A stretch of DNA of 64,000 nt from a virus. Taxonomy: Duplodnaviria > Caudoviricetes. Under the pieces are notes generated by a model. That model saw only the letters and a list, made by a program, of their open reading frames with translations. It searched no databases and was not told the origin of the DNA. Positions 36,114 to 48,100 of the stretch are shown piece by piece. Each line of letters starts with the position of its first letter. Position 1 is the first letter of the stretch. The stretch covers positions 1,800 to 65,799 of the IMG/VR virus record IMGVR_UViG_2684623061_000001, one strand, 5' to 3'. Position numbers and translations under genes: made by a program.

Positions 36114-36547
36114 TGGCACGCAAGATCAAACGCCCTGAGTCACCGCCGGCCGACGACCTGATCGTTCTGCAGCCCAACCGCGTACTGCCGCTGGGCGATC
36201 GCACCGTGACTGTTCGCGAGATGGGGTTCTTCGAGAGCCTGCGGCTGCACAGCGAGATCGCCGCGCTCGTCGCCGACCTAGTCGAGCAAACCGACGACGG
36301 CAACATCGACTTGGGCCGCCTGCATCGAGTCTGCGCGCAGCATCCGGATGCCACGGTCGAACTGCTGGCCCAGGTCAGCGATCAATCCGTCGAGTTCGTG
36401 CATTCGCTCAACGCCGCGCAAGGCGACTTGCTGCTGCTGACGTTCTGGGCGGTCAACGCCGATTTTTTTCTGCAGCGCGTGATCGCGGCGCTGGAGCTGC
36501 GACGCGCGGCGCCGGCAGCGACTGGCCCAGCGTCCTCGCCACCCTGA
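36113..36547 (+). CDS. Tail assembly chaperone G
   Basis: After the tail tube gene; W..NADFF with slippery T-run at 36463-36469. Confidence 0.8.
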   Translation: MARKIKRPESPPADDLIVLQPNRVLPLGDRTVTVREMGFFESLRLHSEIAALVADLVEQTDDGNIDLGRLHRVCAQHPDATVELLAQVSDQSVEFVHSLNAAQGDLLLLTFWAVNADFFLQRVIAALELRRAAPAATGPASSPP

Positions 36548-36732
36548 TCGACCACGGCCACGACTGGCCATGGATCGAGCGCGCCACCGCGCGCCAACTC
36601 GCCTTGTTCTACCGCGTCGCTATCCAACGCGAACGCGCGCTGCGCGCTGAGCGCATCGAGGACGTCAATGCCGGCTTCGCCGGAGGCCGTGACGTCACTG
36701 CCTTTGTCCAATCCCTTCGGAAATCCCCATGA
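36461..36732 (+). CDS. Tail chaperone GT extension reached by -1 frameshift
   Basis: -1 frame open from T TTT TTT to TGA at 36730: ...WPSVLATLIDHGHDWPWIERATARQLALFYRVA... Confidence 0.75.
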
Positions 36733-36950
36733 AACTGATCGAGAACTGGCGCCAGGCCTGGCGCTTCGTGAGTGTGCAAGCGATGACTCTGGCCATCGCC
36801 CTTCAGGGCGTCTGGCTGAACCTGCCCGACGACCTGCGGGTGCACGTACCCGACCGGATTGCGGCCAGCGTGACCGCGAGCTTGCTCGTCCTCGGCCTGA
36901 TCGGCCGTCTGTTCCAGCAGCGAGGACCGGATGGCACGACTCTCCGCTGA
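36729..36950 (+). CDS. Holin
   Basis: 73 aa, two hydrophobic segments, MKLIENWRQAWRFVSVQ; directly before the endolysin. Confidence 0.8.
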   Translation: MKLIENWRQAWRFVSVQAMTLAIALQGVWLNLPDDLRVHVPDRIAASVTASLLVLGLIGRLFQQRGPDGTTLR

Positions 36951-37407
36951 GCAGGCCGGCGGCCAGAACGTCCTCGCCTTCCTCGACATGATCGCGCACG
37001 CCGAGGGCGTCGAGCGCTTCAGCGAACACGGCGGCTACGACGTGCTGGTCGGCGGCGGTCGATTCACTAGCTACGCGGAGCATCCGCGCAAGATGATCTG
37101 GCTGCCGAAGTACCGCATCCACTCCACCGCCGCCGGTCGTTACCAGTTCCTGTGGCGCACCTGGAACAACCTACGCAACCGCCTGAAGCTGCCCGACTTT
37201 GGCCCTGCCTCGCAGGACCGCGGCGCCATCGAACTGCTGAGTGAGACCGGCGCCCTGGCCGACATCAAGAAGGGTTGGGTCAGTTCGGCCGTACGCAAGT
37301 CGCGCAAGACATGGGCGTCGCTCCCCGACGCCGGCTACGGCCAACGCGAGGTGCCGCTGGAAAGCCTGCTCGTCGTGTACCAGAAGGCCGGAGGCCAGAT
37401 CGCATGA
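36931..37407 (+). CDS. Endolysin, lambda R-like lytic transglycosylase (GH104)
   Basis: AFLDMIAHAEG, GYDVLVGG, STAAGRYQF, DFGPASQD, WASLP. Confidence 0.93.
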   Translation: MARLSAEQAGGQNVLAFLDMIAHAEGVERFSEHGGYDVLVGGGRFTSYAEHPRKMIWLPKYRIHSTAAGRYQFLWRTWNNLRNRLKLPDFGPASQDRGAIELLSETGALADIKKGWVSSAVRKSRKTWASLPDAGYGQREVPLESLLVVYQKAGGQIA

Positions 37408-37793
37408 TCGCTCTGAAAGTTTGGGCGACCACCCTCCTGACCGCACTTGCAGCCGTGCTGGCTGCCTTCGGCTGGGGACGCTGGAAGGGCGCGCAGCGTG
37501 CGCGCGATGACGCCCGTGAACGCATCGCCGACAGCGAGCGACAGGTTCGTATCGCCGACCGCGAGCGCGCCGATTCCAAAACCCGCACTGAGGTAGACAC
37601 CGATGTCCTGCAACTTCCGACCGGCGTCTTGGCGCCAGTGGCGATCGCTGTGCCTGATTCCGCTGCTGACCGCTTGTACGACGAATGGTCCCGTGACGGA
37701 GGCGACGACGGGGTGCGCCTGGACGCGTCCGATTCGGGTATCCCGGCAGGACCAACTGACGGACCTGACCGCACGCCAGATCCTGGTGCATAA
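37404..37793 (+). CDS. Rz-like i-spanin
   Basis: N-terminal TM helix then coiled coil; after the endolysin. Confidence 0.7.
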   Translation: MIALKVWATTLLTALAAVLAAFGWGRWKGAQRARDDARERIADSERQVRIADRERADSKTRTEVDTDVLQLPTGVLAPVAIAVPDSAADRLYDEWSRDGGDDGVRLDASDSGIPAGPTDGPDRTPDPGA

Positions 37794-37857
37794 CGAAACC
37801 GGCCGCAGGCTCTGCGGCTGGGGATCGAACCTCCCGGCGCCGGGTAAGCCGCACTGA
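37603..37857 (+). CDS. Rz1-like o-spanin lipoprotein (overlapping frame)
   Basis: Lipobox LLTAC; CAWTRPI..QILVHNE..C. Confidence 0.72.
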   Translation: MSCNFRPASWRQWRSLCLIPLLTACTTNGPVTEATTGCAWTRPIRVSRQDQLTDLTARQILVHNETGRRLCGWGSNLPAPGKPH

Positions 37858-37860
37858 TTC

Positions 37861-40800
37861 ATGGCCAACCGCGACACCACGATCACACTGTTGATCAAGG
37901 CCAACGCCGCACAACTCAATCAGGCGCTGGAACAAGCAGGGGTGCGCGCCCGCGTCTTTGGCAACGAAGCCGAGAACGCCGGCCGCCGGGGCAGCAAGGG
38001 ATTCCAGCAAACGCGGAACAGCGTGGCCGCCATCGGCCAGCAACTCGATCAAGCCAGGACGCAGCTTCTGGCGTTTGTCGGCCTGCAGAGCGCGGGCGAC
38101 GCGGTCGGCGGCCTGGTCCGTGCGGCCGATGGCTACGCCAACCTCTCGGCCAAGATCAAGCTCGCCACGACCTCGCAGGCCGCGTTCAATCTGGCCGAGG
38201 ACGCCGTCTTCGCGATCTCCCAGCGCACCTCGACCGCGCTTGATTCCACCGCGACGCTGTTTGGCCGGCTCAGCAGTGCGCTCAAAGACCAAGGCGGATC
38301 GCAGCGCGAAGTCCTCGGGCTGACCGAAACGATCAACAAGGCGCTGGCCGTCTCCGGCGCCACCGCGGCAGAAACGTCGTCGGTCATCGTGCAGCTGAGC
38401 CAGGCCTTCGCCGCCGGCCGCCTCAGTGGCGACGAGTTCAACTCGATCAACGATGCCGGCCCGCGCTTGATGAAGGCGCTGGCCGACAGCATGGGCGTCA
38501 CGGTCGGCGAGCTGAAGGCCTTGGCCGAAGCGGGCAAGCTGACCAGCGAGCAGCTCCGTATCGCCTTCTCCGGTGAGCAGGCGAAGGAGATCGCCGCCGA
38601 GTTCTCGCAACTGCCGCTCACGATCGAGCGCAGCTTGGTCCAGCTCGATAATGCGTTCACCCGATTTATCGGGCAGCAGGATCGGGCCAGTGGCGTTTCG
38701 GTCGCGGTCGCCAGTTCAATCCAAGGGCTGTCGCAGAACTTCGATAGCCTCTCGGCAGTGATCGGTGTGGTCGCGGTGGCGGCGCTAGGCCGGCTGATTG
38801 CGACGCTGGCCACGGCCGGTGCGGCGAAGGTATCCGCCCTGCGGAAGACGCAGCAACTGGCACAGGAAGAACTGGCGCAGGCGCGCGCGGCCGAGGCGGC
38901 GGCTCAAGCCGAGCTGGCACGCGCGCGCGCATTGGCCCTGGCCGGTGGCGCCACGACGCGGGTGACCAGCGCCGAGGCCGGGTTGGCCGCCGCGCAAACC
39001 CGGACCGCGGCGGCGACCCAGGCGGCTACGGCCGCCTCGGGCGCGAAGGCCATCGCGATCCGCAGCCTATCGTCAGTGCTGACGTTGATGGGTGGCCCCC
39101 TGGGCTTGGCGATTACCGGCGTGACCCTGCTCGCCGGCGCCTTCGCCACGGCGAGCGCGAACGCCAGTGCGGCCAGGGCCGAATTTGAAAGCACCATCAA
39201 AGCCGCCCAACGATTTCGCGAGCAGCAGGACGTCGATGCCGGGGTCGATGCCGGGAAGCGGTTGATTGCCCAGCGCGATCAGCTGCGCAAAGAGCTTGAA
39301 GATCTGGAAGGTATCCAGAAGGGTGGGGGTGGCTTCCACATCAACCAGGGGCAGAGCGCCGGGCGCCTTTTGTACGGCGGCGAGCTGGAAGGCGAAATCA
39401 AACGCGTGCGCTCGCAGCTGGAGCGCACCAACAAGGAATTCGACCAAGTTCGAGGCTCGCTGGGCGAGCTGCGGGCCGCCCAGGCCAGCGGCGGGCGCAC
39501 CCGAGTGCAAGTCACCAAGCAGGCCAATGACTTCACCAAGGCACTGACCGAGCAGAACGAATCGCTCAAGGTGGAGAGGATCGAACGCGAGAAGGGGCTG
39601 CGGGCGGCCCTGGAGTACCAGGCGGTGAAGGCCGCGGGCGTCAAGGACGCCACGCAGCTGACCGATGCAATGCGCAAAGCGATTGACGTGCAGGTCCGCG
39701 AACGCGAAGCGGCCGCGGCTGCCAGCAATGCGGGCCGTGCGCAGACCAAGGCCGTTCGCGATGCCGAGCGCCAGCGCAAGGCGGACGAGCGCAAGTTGGC
39801 TGCTGATCAGAAGAAGCAAGCGCAGGCTGACGCCAAAGAGAAGAAGGACGATGGCGCGCTGGATCGTACGGTCCAAGATGTCGACATCGCACTGTTGCGC
39901 AACCGCGGCGACGGCGCAGCGGCGCGCAGGAAGGAGCTGGATCTTGAGTACAAGCAGGCGCTCGCCGATCTGCAGGCGAAGGGTCGCACCGCCGATGCGC
40001 TCAAGGTTCAACTGCGCATCGATACCGACGTGGCGAAGGTGGAGCTGGAAGACCTGCAAGCCCAGGTCGACCGGGTGTTCGGCGAGCAATCCCGGCAGGA
40101 GCAATCCATCCAGACCCGCCAGCAGGCCGGTCTCCTGACCGAGATCGGCGCGCGCCGGGAACTGATCGACCTGCACGCCCGCACCGCGGCCGAGGTCGAG
40201 CAGCTGCTGCCGAAGATGGATCAACTGGCCGCCAAGACCGGTGCGCCGGAATCGATCGAACGAGTCAAAGATTTGACCGCGCAGGTCGCTGCGCTCAAGG
40301 TTCAGTCCAATGAGCTGGTGGTGACGCTTACCAACGGCTTCGAGTCTGGCCTAAGCAACGCGCTCGAAGGTCTGGCTACCGGCACGCTGACATTGCGCCA
40401 AGCGCTGACCGGCCTGGTGCAAGATATGGCGCAATCGCTCGCTCAGCTCGCATCGCAGCAGTTGGCAGCGATAGCGACCGCCAAGCTGATGTCGCTTGTC
40501 GGCAAACTGGCCGGCGGCAAGAACACCCCGGATCTTGCGCAACCCGATCCGGTGCAGGCCGCCGCTGCGGGCGCGGCCTACGCTGTGCCGATCACGGGCG
40601 CCGCAGTCGCGCTCGGGGCCGCGGGCGCTGTCGTGATGAATGCCGCGATCGCGATGCAGACGGCTGCAACCACGATGCTGGCGGCGAAGGCGACCAAATC
40701 TGTGACGGGGTTTTCGAGCGGCGGCTTCACCGGCATCGGCCCGAAGTACGCGCCGGCCGGCGTCGTCCATCGCGGCGAGTTCGTTCACCGCCGCGAGGTC

Positions 40801-41118
40801 GTGCGACAGCCGGGCGCGCGCACGTTCCTTGAGCGGTTTAATCGTATCGGTATGTCCGCGCTCGAAGGGTTGCGCGGCTACGCTTCCGGTGGCTTCGTGA
40901 CACCCGCCCCGCGCTCTCCAGCACCGGCTAGAAGCCCAATCTCTGATCGCTCGGTAACGCCGAGCCCAGGTGAACGGCGCGGATCGCAGATCACGAACGT
41001 CCTGTATTTGGACCCGCGCGAGGTCGTCAACGTGATGAGTACCCAGGCAGGGCGACAGGTCATCCTTTCGACGATCCGGGCGAACGCCCCCACTATTCGT
41101 CAGGACTTGAGTTACTGA
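37861..41118 (+). CDS. Tail tape measure protein
   Basis: QLSQAFAAGRLSGDEFNSI, long Ala-rich helices, FSSGGFTG..PAGVVHRGEFV. Confidence 0.93.
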   Translation: MANRDTTITLLIKANAAQLNQALEQAGVRARVFGNEAENAGRRGSKGFQQTRNSVAAIGQQLDQARTQLLAFVGLQSAGDAVGGLVRAADGYANLSAKIKLATTSQAAFNLAEDAVFAISQRTSTALDSTATLFGRLSSALKDQGGSQREVLGLTETINKALAVSGATAAETSSVIVQLSQAFAAGRLSGDEFNSINDAGPRLMKALADSMGVTVGELKALAEAGKLTSEQLRIAFSGEQAKEIAAEFSQLPLTIERSLVQLDNAFTRFIGQQDRASGVSVAVASSIQGLSQNFDSLSAVIGVVAVAALGRLIATLATAGAAKVSALRKTQQLAQEELAQARAAEAAAQAELARARALALAGGATTRVTSAEAGLAAAQTRTAAATQAATAASGAKAIAIRSLSSVLTLMGGPLGLAITGVTLLAGAFATASANASAARAEFESTIKAAQRFREQQDVDAGVDAGKRLIAQRDQLRKELEDLEGIQKGGGGFHINQGQSAGRLLYGGELEGEIKRVRSQLERTNKEFDQVRGSLGELRAAQASGGRTRVQVTKQANDFTKALTEQNESLKVERIEREKGLRAALEYQAVKAAGVKDATQLTDAMRKAIDVQVREREAAAAASNAGRAQTKAVRDAERQRKADERKLAADQKKQAQADAKEKKDDGALDRTVQDVDIALLRNRGDGAAARRKELDLEYKQALADLQAKGRTADALKVQLRIDTDVAKVELEDLQAQVDRVFGEQSRQEQSIQTRQQAGLLTEIGARRELIDLHARTAAEVEQLLPKMDQLAAKTGAPESIERVKDLTAQVAALKVQSNELVVTLTNGFESGLSNALEGLATGTLTLRQALTGLVQDMAQSLAQLASQQLAAIATAKLMSLVGKLAGGKNTPDLAQPDPVQAAAAGAAYAVPITGAAVALGAAGAVVMNAAIAMQTAATTMLAAKATKSVTGFSSGGFTGIGPKYAPAGVVHRGEFVHRREVVRQPGARTFLERFNRIGMSALEGLRGYASGGFVTPAPRSPAPARSPISDRSVTPSPGERRGSQITNVLYLDPREVVNVMSTQAGRQVILSTIRANAPTIRQDLSY

Positions 41119-42125
41119 CCTTCCTTAGATCACAACCATTGTTCTAAGTCCCTAGTCCCAATAGAACCAAATCGAATATCTGAGCGTAAGCATATGAGCC
41201 TCGGCCACGCCCTTTCGTCCGTCGTAATGTGCGATTCAATGCATCGGGATGAGATGGTACGCCTTCAGTTCCAGACGCTCCATTAGACTAGAGGATGCCG
41301 TATACGGCTATGCGGGCATCAGGCCCACGCGATCGGAGTCATTGCCGGTCGTGTCTTCTATTTGGACTTCTTGAAGCTACGAAACCATCTCGCGACCAGC
41401 AACTTGAAATTTCTGAGTCAGCTGGCATCCGGGCAGAATAGGCGCCCTCGCCTTCTCAGTTTTATATGAAGCTATCAAATTTTCACCATTACTAACGCAG
41501 TCTCACAAAAAGCCCTACCGTTTGTCGGGAGACATAGTTTATGCATCGACAGACATACTATTTGCGCGTAGTACTAAAGTACATTATGGACATTGGGGAT
41601 GAAAGTCTAATGCGATCCGTCCGCTTGGCGCGCTAACCACGTTCAATCGCGACTGCCATGCTATCTCTACGTGGTGCGGCCGGGCAAGGATGGAGAAAGC
41701 AGCAGTTCCGCGCACCAAGCACTACATCATGCTGGGAGCCGATGCTTGGTGACGCTGGGCAAAGGCAAAGGCAAAGGCAAGAACAGAGATGCTGTTATGT
41801 TCGCTGGCCAGATCTTCTGATGACAACACCATCGGGCGGCGCCGACTCGGCCTTGATGAATTAATAGTCGGAACGTTAAGAAGCTGACTAAGCGCAAATC
41901 TATAGCGCACTGCGCGTGATTATCCGAGCCTGGTTGGTAGCCATTGATCGCCTGGCAATTTCAAATGAACCATTTAAATATCCGACATGCTGCCAGCCGG
42001 CTCCATTGAGCTTGATCTCAGCCGCGCCAATCCTAATATTTTTTAGGCTGCTTTTTGCGGATGGTAAATCTCGCCAGCCGATGGAATTCGGGGGCGAGAC
42101 TTACAGCATACCAAGGGGAACATCG

Positions 42126-45100
42126 ATGCTTTCATTACGAATTTCCCGGCTGCTCTGCCTGTTTGGCGGTGGCGAACCAAGGCATCACGACACGATCTCA
42201 ATCGCAAGTAAAATTGTGCGCACAATAATAATTGCAACCACTTTACTACTGGGCGCAATTGGCTCTTTCAATGCGAAAGCTCAGCTTGCGACGGGAGGGT
42301 CCGGCATCTATAGAGATAATATAGTCTGGTTCAGCTGGGGAAGTGCGCAAAGTGCGCCCATCCCCCAGGCGGGAGTGACCCGAACTAACTCAGTAAGCGT
42401 TGGCGGACGATTTCTTCGCGTGACTTGCTCTTTGAGCAACATTAATGGACCAGATGCGGATCCTGACCTCAGGTCACATACTCCGGGCTTGGCGGTTGGA
42501 GGGTTGGATGAGCTGTACAATATTGGCGGAAACGACACATCCAACACTATGATTATTGGGCTCATGAATCGCCTCCCGGGCACTGGCAATATAATAATAA
42601 GCGCTGATTTTGCGTGTTCCGCCACTTACGGATTAACCAACACCGCTGCCGATCCGGCATTTGTGATTTCAGGACTGGTCATGGGGGATGCGGAGTCTCT
42701 AGGCGGGCCTTTTAGGGGCAGCGAATATTTGCAGGCCACTATTCCAGTTGGTGGCGTTTGGCGATTGATTGACCGCCTCACTTCCGCAGCGTGCAGTATC
42801 GACCAGGATATTACTCGCACGGGGCAAGAGCTAAGAATCAATGGGCACGCTGGCGGCAACTGCGCTGATGGAGGCCCAACTGGTATTGCTTTCATGGATG
42901 GCGCGGATAGCGCGCATCTTGATTTCGGATTGATACATAGTTCGCTCCCGCGAGGGGCGTTCGCTTTTGGTGTCTTTGTGGATGTAACAGATATGGGCGA
43001 TGCTCCTGCCAGTTATGGTCCGGCCGCTCATTTGCAGCGGCTTGATTGGATCGGAGGAGCGCTTCCCGATACCGGAACGCACGATCCGCCTGGCGGCGGT
43101 TCGTCGCTCCGGACTAGCGACTTAGCAGTTCAAGAAGCTCCGCAGATTCGTCTCGGTGCGAATCTTGATACCGAGCTGGTTCTGACCGGCGGTGGCAGCG
43201 CTGACGAGGATGACTCGGACGGTATCGATGACGAAGACAGTCTGAATGGATCTCTGGTCATTCCTTTATCGGGAAGCTATGCCCCGTCGGGAGTTATTTG
43301 CGCGGCTCCTAGCGGCACTCCCGTCTACGGCTATATTGATTGGAATCGTGATGGGGACTTTCTGGATTCCGGGGAGCAATCGACTGCGGCCAGTTGTCAG
43401 TCAGGAGTGGTAACGAATCTTTCCTGGGTGGGGCCAGGGGGAGCTAATGTAGGGTCAAGCTATTTGCGCCTACGCATTGGGTCGGTCGCTAGTGAAGTTG
43501 CCTCACCGTCTGCTCTCGCGACAGGGGGTGAGGTTGAAGACTACTTAGTGACGCTTGCAGTGCCTTCCGTTACCGTGAACAAGGCTGTGAGTACAGTTGG
43601 CCCTGTGATGGCGGGCGAAGTACTTACCTATACGCTGACGGTGGTGGTGGAGGATTTGCCAACCACCGGCGCTACTACGTTGACCGATACCCTGGGCAAT
43701 GGCCTGACGTTCGCGGCGGTGACCGCACCGGGCATCTTCATTTGCAACAGCACCGGTCCGAGCAACGTGACCTGTACGCTGCCGATCAGTACGGCCCCTG
43801 GCAGCTACCAGGTGAGCTATACCGCGACGGTGACGGCGGCGGCAACCGGTAGCGTGGACAACGCCGTGTTGCCGACGGGTCCGGACAATCCGGCCTGCGG
43901 TACCTGCACGACGACCACGCCGGTGACCCCATCGGCGGTGACGGTGAACAAGGCGACGCCCACGCCGGGTCCGGTGGTGGTCGGTTCCACGATCACCTAC
44001 ACGCTGACGGTGGATGTGGCCAACTCGCAGACCACGGGCGTAACCGAGCTGACCGACACCCTGGGCAATGGCCTGGCGTTCGCGGCGGTGACCGCACCGA
44101 GCATCTTCATTTGCAACAGCACCGGTCCGAGCAACGTGACCTGTACGCTGCCGATCAGTACGGCCCCTGGCAGCTACCAGGTGAGCTATACCGCGACGGT
44201 GACGGCGGCGGCAACCGGTAGCGTGGACAACGCCGTGTTGCCGACGGGTCCGGACAATCCGGCCTGCGGTACCTGCACGACGACCACGCCGGTCACCCCA
44301 TCGGCGGTGACGGTGAACAAGGCGACGCCCACGCTGGGTCCGGTGGTGGTCGGTTCCACGATCACCTATACGCTGACGGTGGATGTGGCCAACTCGCAGA
44401 CCACGGCCGTAACCGAGCTGACCGACACCCTGGGCAATGGCCTGGCGTTCGCGGCGGTGACCGCACCGGGCATCTTCATTTGCAACAGCACCGGTCCGAG
44501 CAACGTGACCTGTACGCTGCCGATCGGTACGGCCCCGGGCAGCTACCAGGTGAGCTATACCGCGACGGTGACGGCGACGGCAACCGGTAGCGTGGACAAC
44601 GCCGTGTTGCCGACGGGTCCGGACAATCCGGCCTGCGGTACCTGCACGACGACCACACCGGTAACCCCGTCGGCAGTTGCCTACGGCAAGACGTCGAGCA
44701 CGGCCGGTCCGGTGGTGGCGGGTGATGTGATCACCTACACCCTGACGACGACGGTGACGAACTCGCAGACAACAGGCTTGACGACGCTGACCGACACGAT
44801 GAGTTCGGGTCTGACGTTCGTGGCGGTGACGGTGCAGATCCCGGCGGCCGCGTACACCTGCAATGCGACCAATCCGCTTATCTGCACGCTGCCGGCCGGT
44901 ACGTTGCCGGGCGTCTATACGGTGACCTACACGGCGCAGGTGAACGCGTCGGCGACGGGCACGGTGACCAATGCGGTGCTGGGCACGGGCAACGACAACC
45001 CGACCTGTTCGGGCGTTTGCGACACGACCACGACGGTGACTCCGTCGGCGTTGACGTACGGCAAGACGGCGAGCACGGCCGGTCCGGTGGCGGTGGGCGA

Positions 45101-48100
45101 CGTGATCACCTACACCCTGACGACGACGGTGACGAACTCGCAGACAACAGGCTTGACGACGCTGACCGACACGATGAGTTCGGGTCTGACGTTCGTGGCG
45201 GTGACGGGTCAGACTCCGGCGGCCGCCTACGCCTGCAACGCGACCAATCCGCTGATCTGCACGCTGCCAGCCGGTACGGTGCCGGGCGCCTATACCGTGA
45301 CCTACACGGCGCAGGTGAACGCGTCGGCGACGGGCACGGTGACCAATGCGGTGCTGGGCACGGGCAACGACAACCCGACCTGTTCGGGCGTTTGCGACAC
45401 GACCACGACGGTGACTCCGTCGGCGTTGACGTACGGCAAGACGGCGAGCACGGCCGGTCCGGTGGCGGTGGGCGACGTGATCACCTACACCCTGACGACG
45501 ACGGTGACGAACTCGCAGACAACAGGCTTGACAACGCTGACCGACACGATGAGTTCGGGTCTGACGTTCGTGGCGGTGACGGGTCAGACTCCGGCGGCCG
45601 CGTACACCTGCAACGCGACCAATCCGCTGATCTGCACGCTGCCGGCCGGTACGGTGCCGGGCGCCTATACCGTGACCTACACGGCGCAGGTGAACGCGTC
45701 GGCGACGGGCACGGTGACCAATGCGGTGCTGGGTACGGGCAACGACAACCCAACCTGTTCGGGCGTCTGCAACACGACCACGACGGTAACCCCGTCGGCG
45801 GTGACATACGGCAAGACGTCGAGCACGGCCGGTCCGGTGGCGGTGGGCGACGTGATCACCTACACCCTGACGACGACGGTGACGAACTCGCAGACAACAG
45901 GCTTGACGACGCTGACCGACACGATGAGTTCGGGTCTGACGTTCGTGGCGGTGACGGGTCAGACCCCGGCGACCGCGTACACCTGCAATGCGACCAATCC
46001 GCTGATCTGCACGCTGCCGCCCGGTACGGTGCCGGGCGTCTATACGGTGACCTACACGGCGCAGGTGGACGTGTCGGCGACCGGCACGGTGACCAATGCG
46101 GTGCTGGGTACGGGCAACGACAACCCAACCTGTTCGGGCGTCTGCGACACGACCACGACGCTGACCCCGTCGGCAGTGACGGTGCTCAAGACCGCGACGC
46201 CGACCACGCCTGTCTCAGTAGGCGACACGGTGACCTATACGGTGACGGTGACGGTCGCGAACTCGCAGACGCTGGGTGTGGTGACCTTGACCGATACCTT
46301 GGGCACGGGCCTGACGTTCGGTGCGGTGACCAGTGCCGGCGCGGTTACCTGCAGCGGTGCGCTGACTTGCACTCTACCGGCCAACACGGCGCCAGGTAGC
46401 TACCCGGTGACCTACACGGCCACGATCAACAACCAGGCCACGGGTAACGTCACCAATATGGTGGTGCCGTCGGGTCCGGATGACCCGAGCTGTACTACCT
46501 GTACGACGACGACGCCTGTGGTGCCGCCGGCGGTCAGCTACACCAAGTCCGCCAGCACCGCCGGTCCGGTCGTGGTCGGCGATGTGATCACCTACACCCT
46601 GACGGCGACGGTGACCAACGCGCAGACGACGGGCGTGACCACGCTGACCGACACGATGGGGTCCGGTCTGGACTTCGTCGCGGTGACCAGCGCCGGTGCC
46701 TTCACCTGTAATGCGGCCAATCCGCTGGTGTGCACCTTGCCGGCCGGTACGGTGCCGGGCAGCTACGCGATGAGCTACACCGCGCGAGTCAACGGCCAGG
46801 CTGGCGGCAGCGTCAACAACGCTGTGGTCGGTACCGGTACCGACGCTCCGAACTGCAGCAACGTGGGTTGCTCGGTGACGACGGAAGTCGCGCCGCCGGT
46901 GGTCAGCTACACGAAGTCGGCCAGCACGGCCGGCCCGGTGGCGCAAGGCGACACGATCACCTACACGCTGACGACCACGGTGGCCAATGCGCCGACCCGC
47001 AACGCTCTGACCCTGACCGATACCTTGGGCACGGGTCTGGACTTCACCGCGGTGACCGGTGCGGCCGGCTACAGCTGCAATGCGGCCAATCCGCTGGTGT
47101 GCACCTTGCCGGCCGGTACGGTGCCGGGCACCTACACGGTGAGCTACACCGCGACGGTCAACGCACAGGCGTCGGAGACGGTGAACAACACCGTGGTCGG
47201 CACCGGTACGGACAACCCGGCTTGCGTGGGCGTGTGCACCACCAGCACCACGGTGGCGCCGCCGCCGACCCTGCGGGTGATCAAGCAGGCGTCGCCGCGC
47301 GACGTGAAGATCGGCGATCTGGTCCGCTACACGGTGACGGTCGAGAACACCGGCACCGTCGACGCGATCGACGCGACCCTGGTCGACACGCCGCCCGCGG
47401 GCTTTACCTTCGTCGATGGCTCCTTGTCGGTCGCAGATCGCGACGGCGTCGGTCGCCTGGTCGGTACCTATCCGATCCAGGTCGACCAGGTCGATATCGC
47501 CGCCGGTGAGCGCGCGACGTTCACCTACCTGCTGCGGGTCGGCGCCGGCGTGCGCGCGGGCATCCACTCCAACAGCGCGTTGATGCGCGACAACGGCAAG
47601 ATCGTGTCGAACGTGGCCACGGCCGAAGTGCAGTTTATTGCGGACCCGTTGCTCGACCATGCCCTGATCCTGGGCACGGTGTTCGACGACCGCGACGGCG
47701 ACGGCTGGCAGGACAGTGCGGCGATCGACGATGCGCGGGTCCAGGGCGGCTTCGCTGCGGAGGCCTACGTGCCGAACTCGACCACGGTCGATCGCGGCAA
47801 CGGTCCGAAGGCGGAACCGGATGCGAGTTCGCCGATGCTCCATGGCATCGTGTTGGGCAGCATCTCGGCCCGTCAGTCCGACGCCGATCCGGCCGATGCG
47901 CACCGCGGGGTGATCAGCCAGCGCCTGAAGGAGTTGAGCTTCAACGACGACTTCGCGCTGACCACCCAGCAGGGCGTGACGGTGCGGATGGATGCGGCCG
48001 GCACGACCCGGATCGAGCGCAGCGGCGACGCGGCCAAGAACCTGAGCGGCGCGGCGCCGACAGTGGAACGTCGGGTCAGCCCGACCGAAGGCGGCTACCT

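Noticed and set aside
41758-41781. GGCAAA x3-4 microsatellite upstream of the adhesin
   Set aside because: Too short and too far (~350 bp) from the likely start to argue for phase variation
41119-41900. Possible decayed genes at the left cargo flank
   Set aside because: Frames are broken by stops, with no recognisable family and no terminal repeats or TSD
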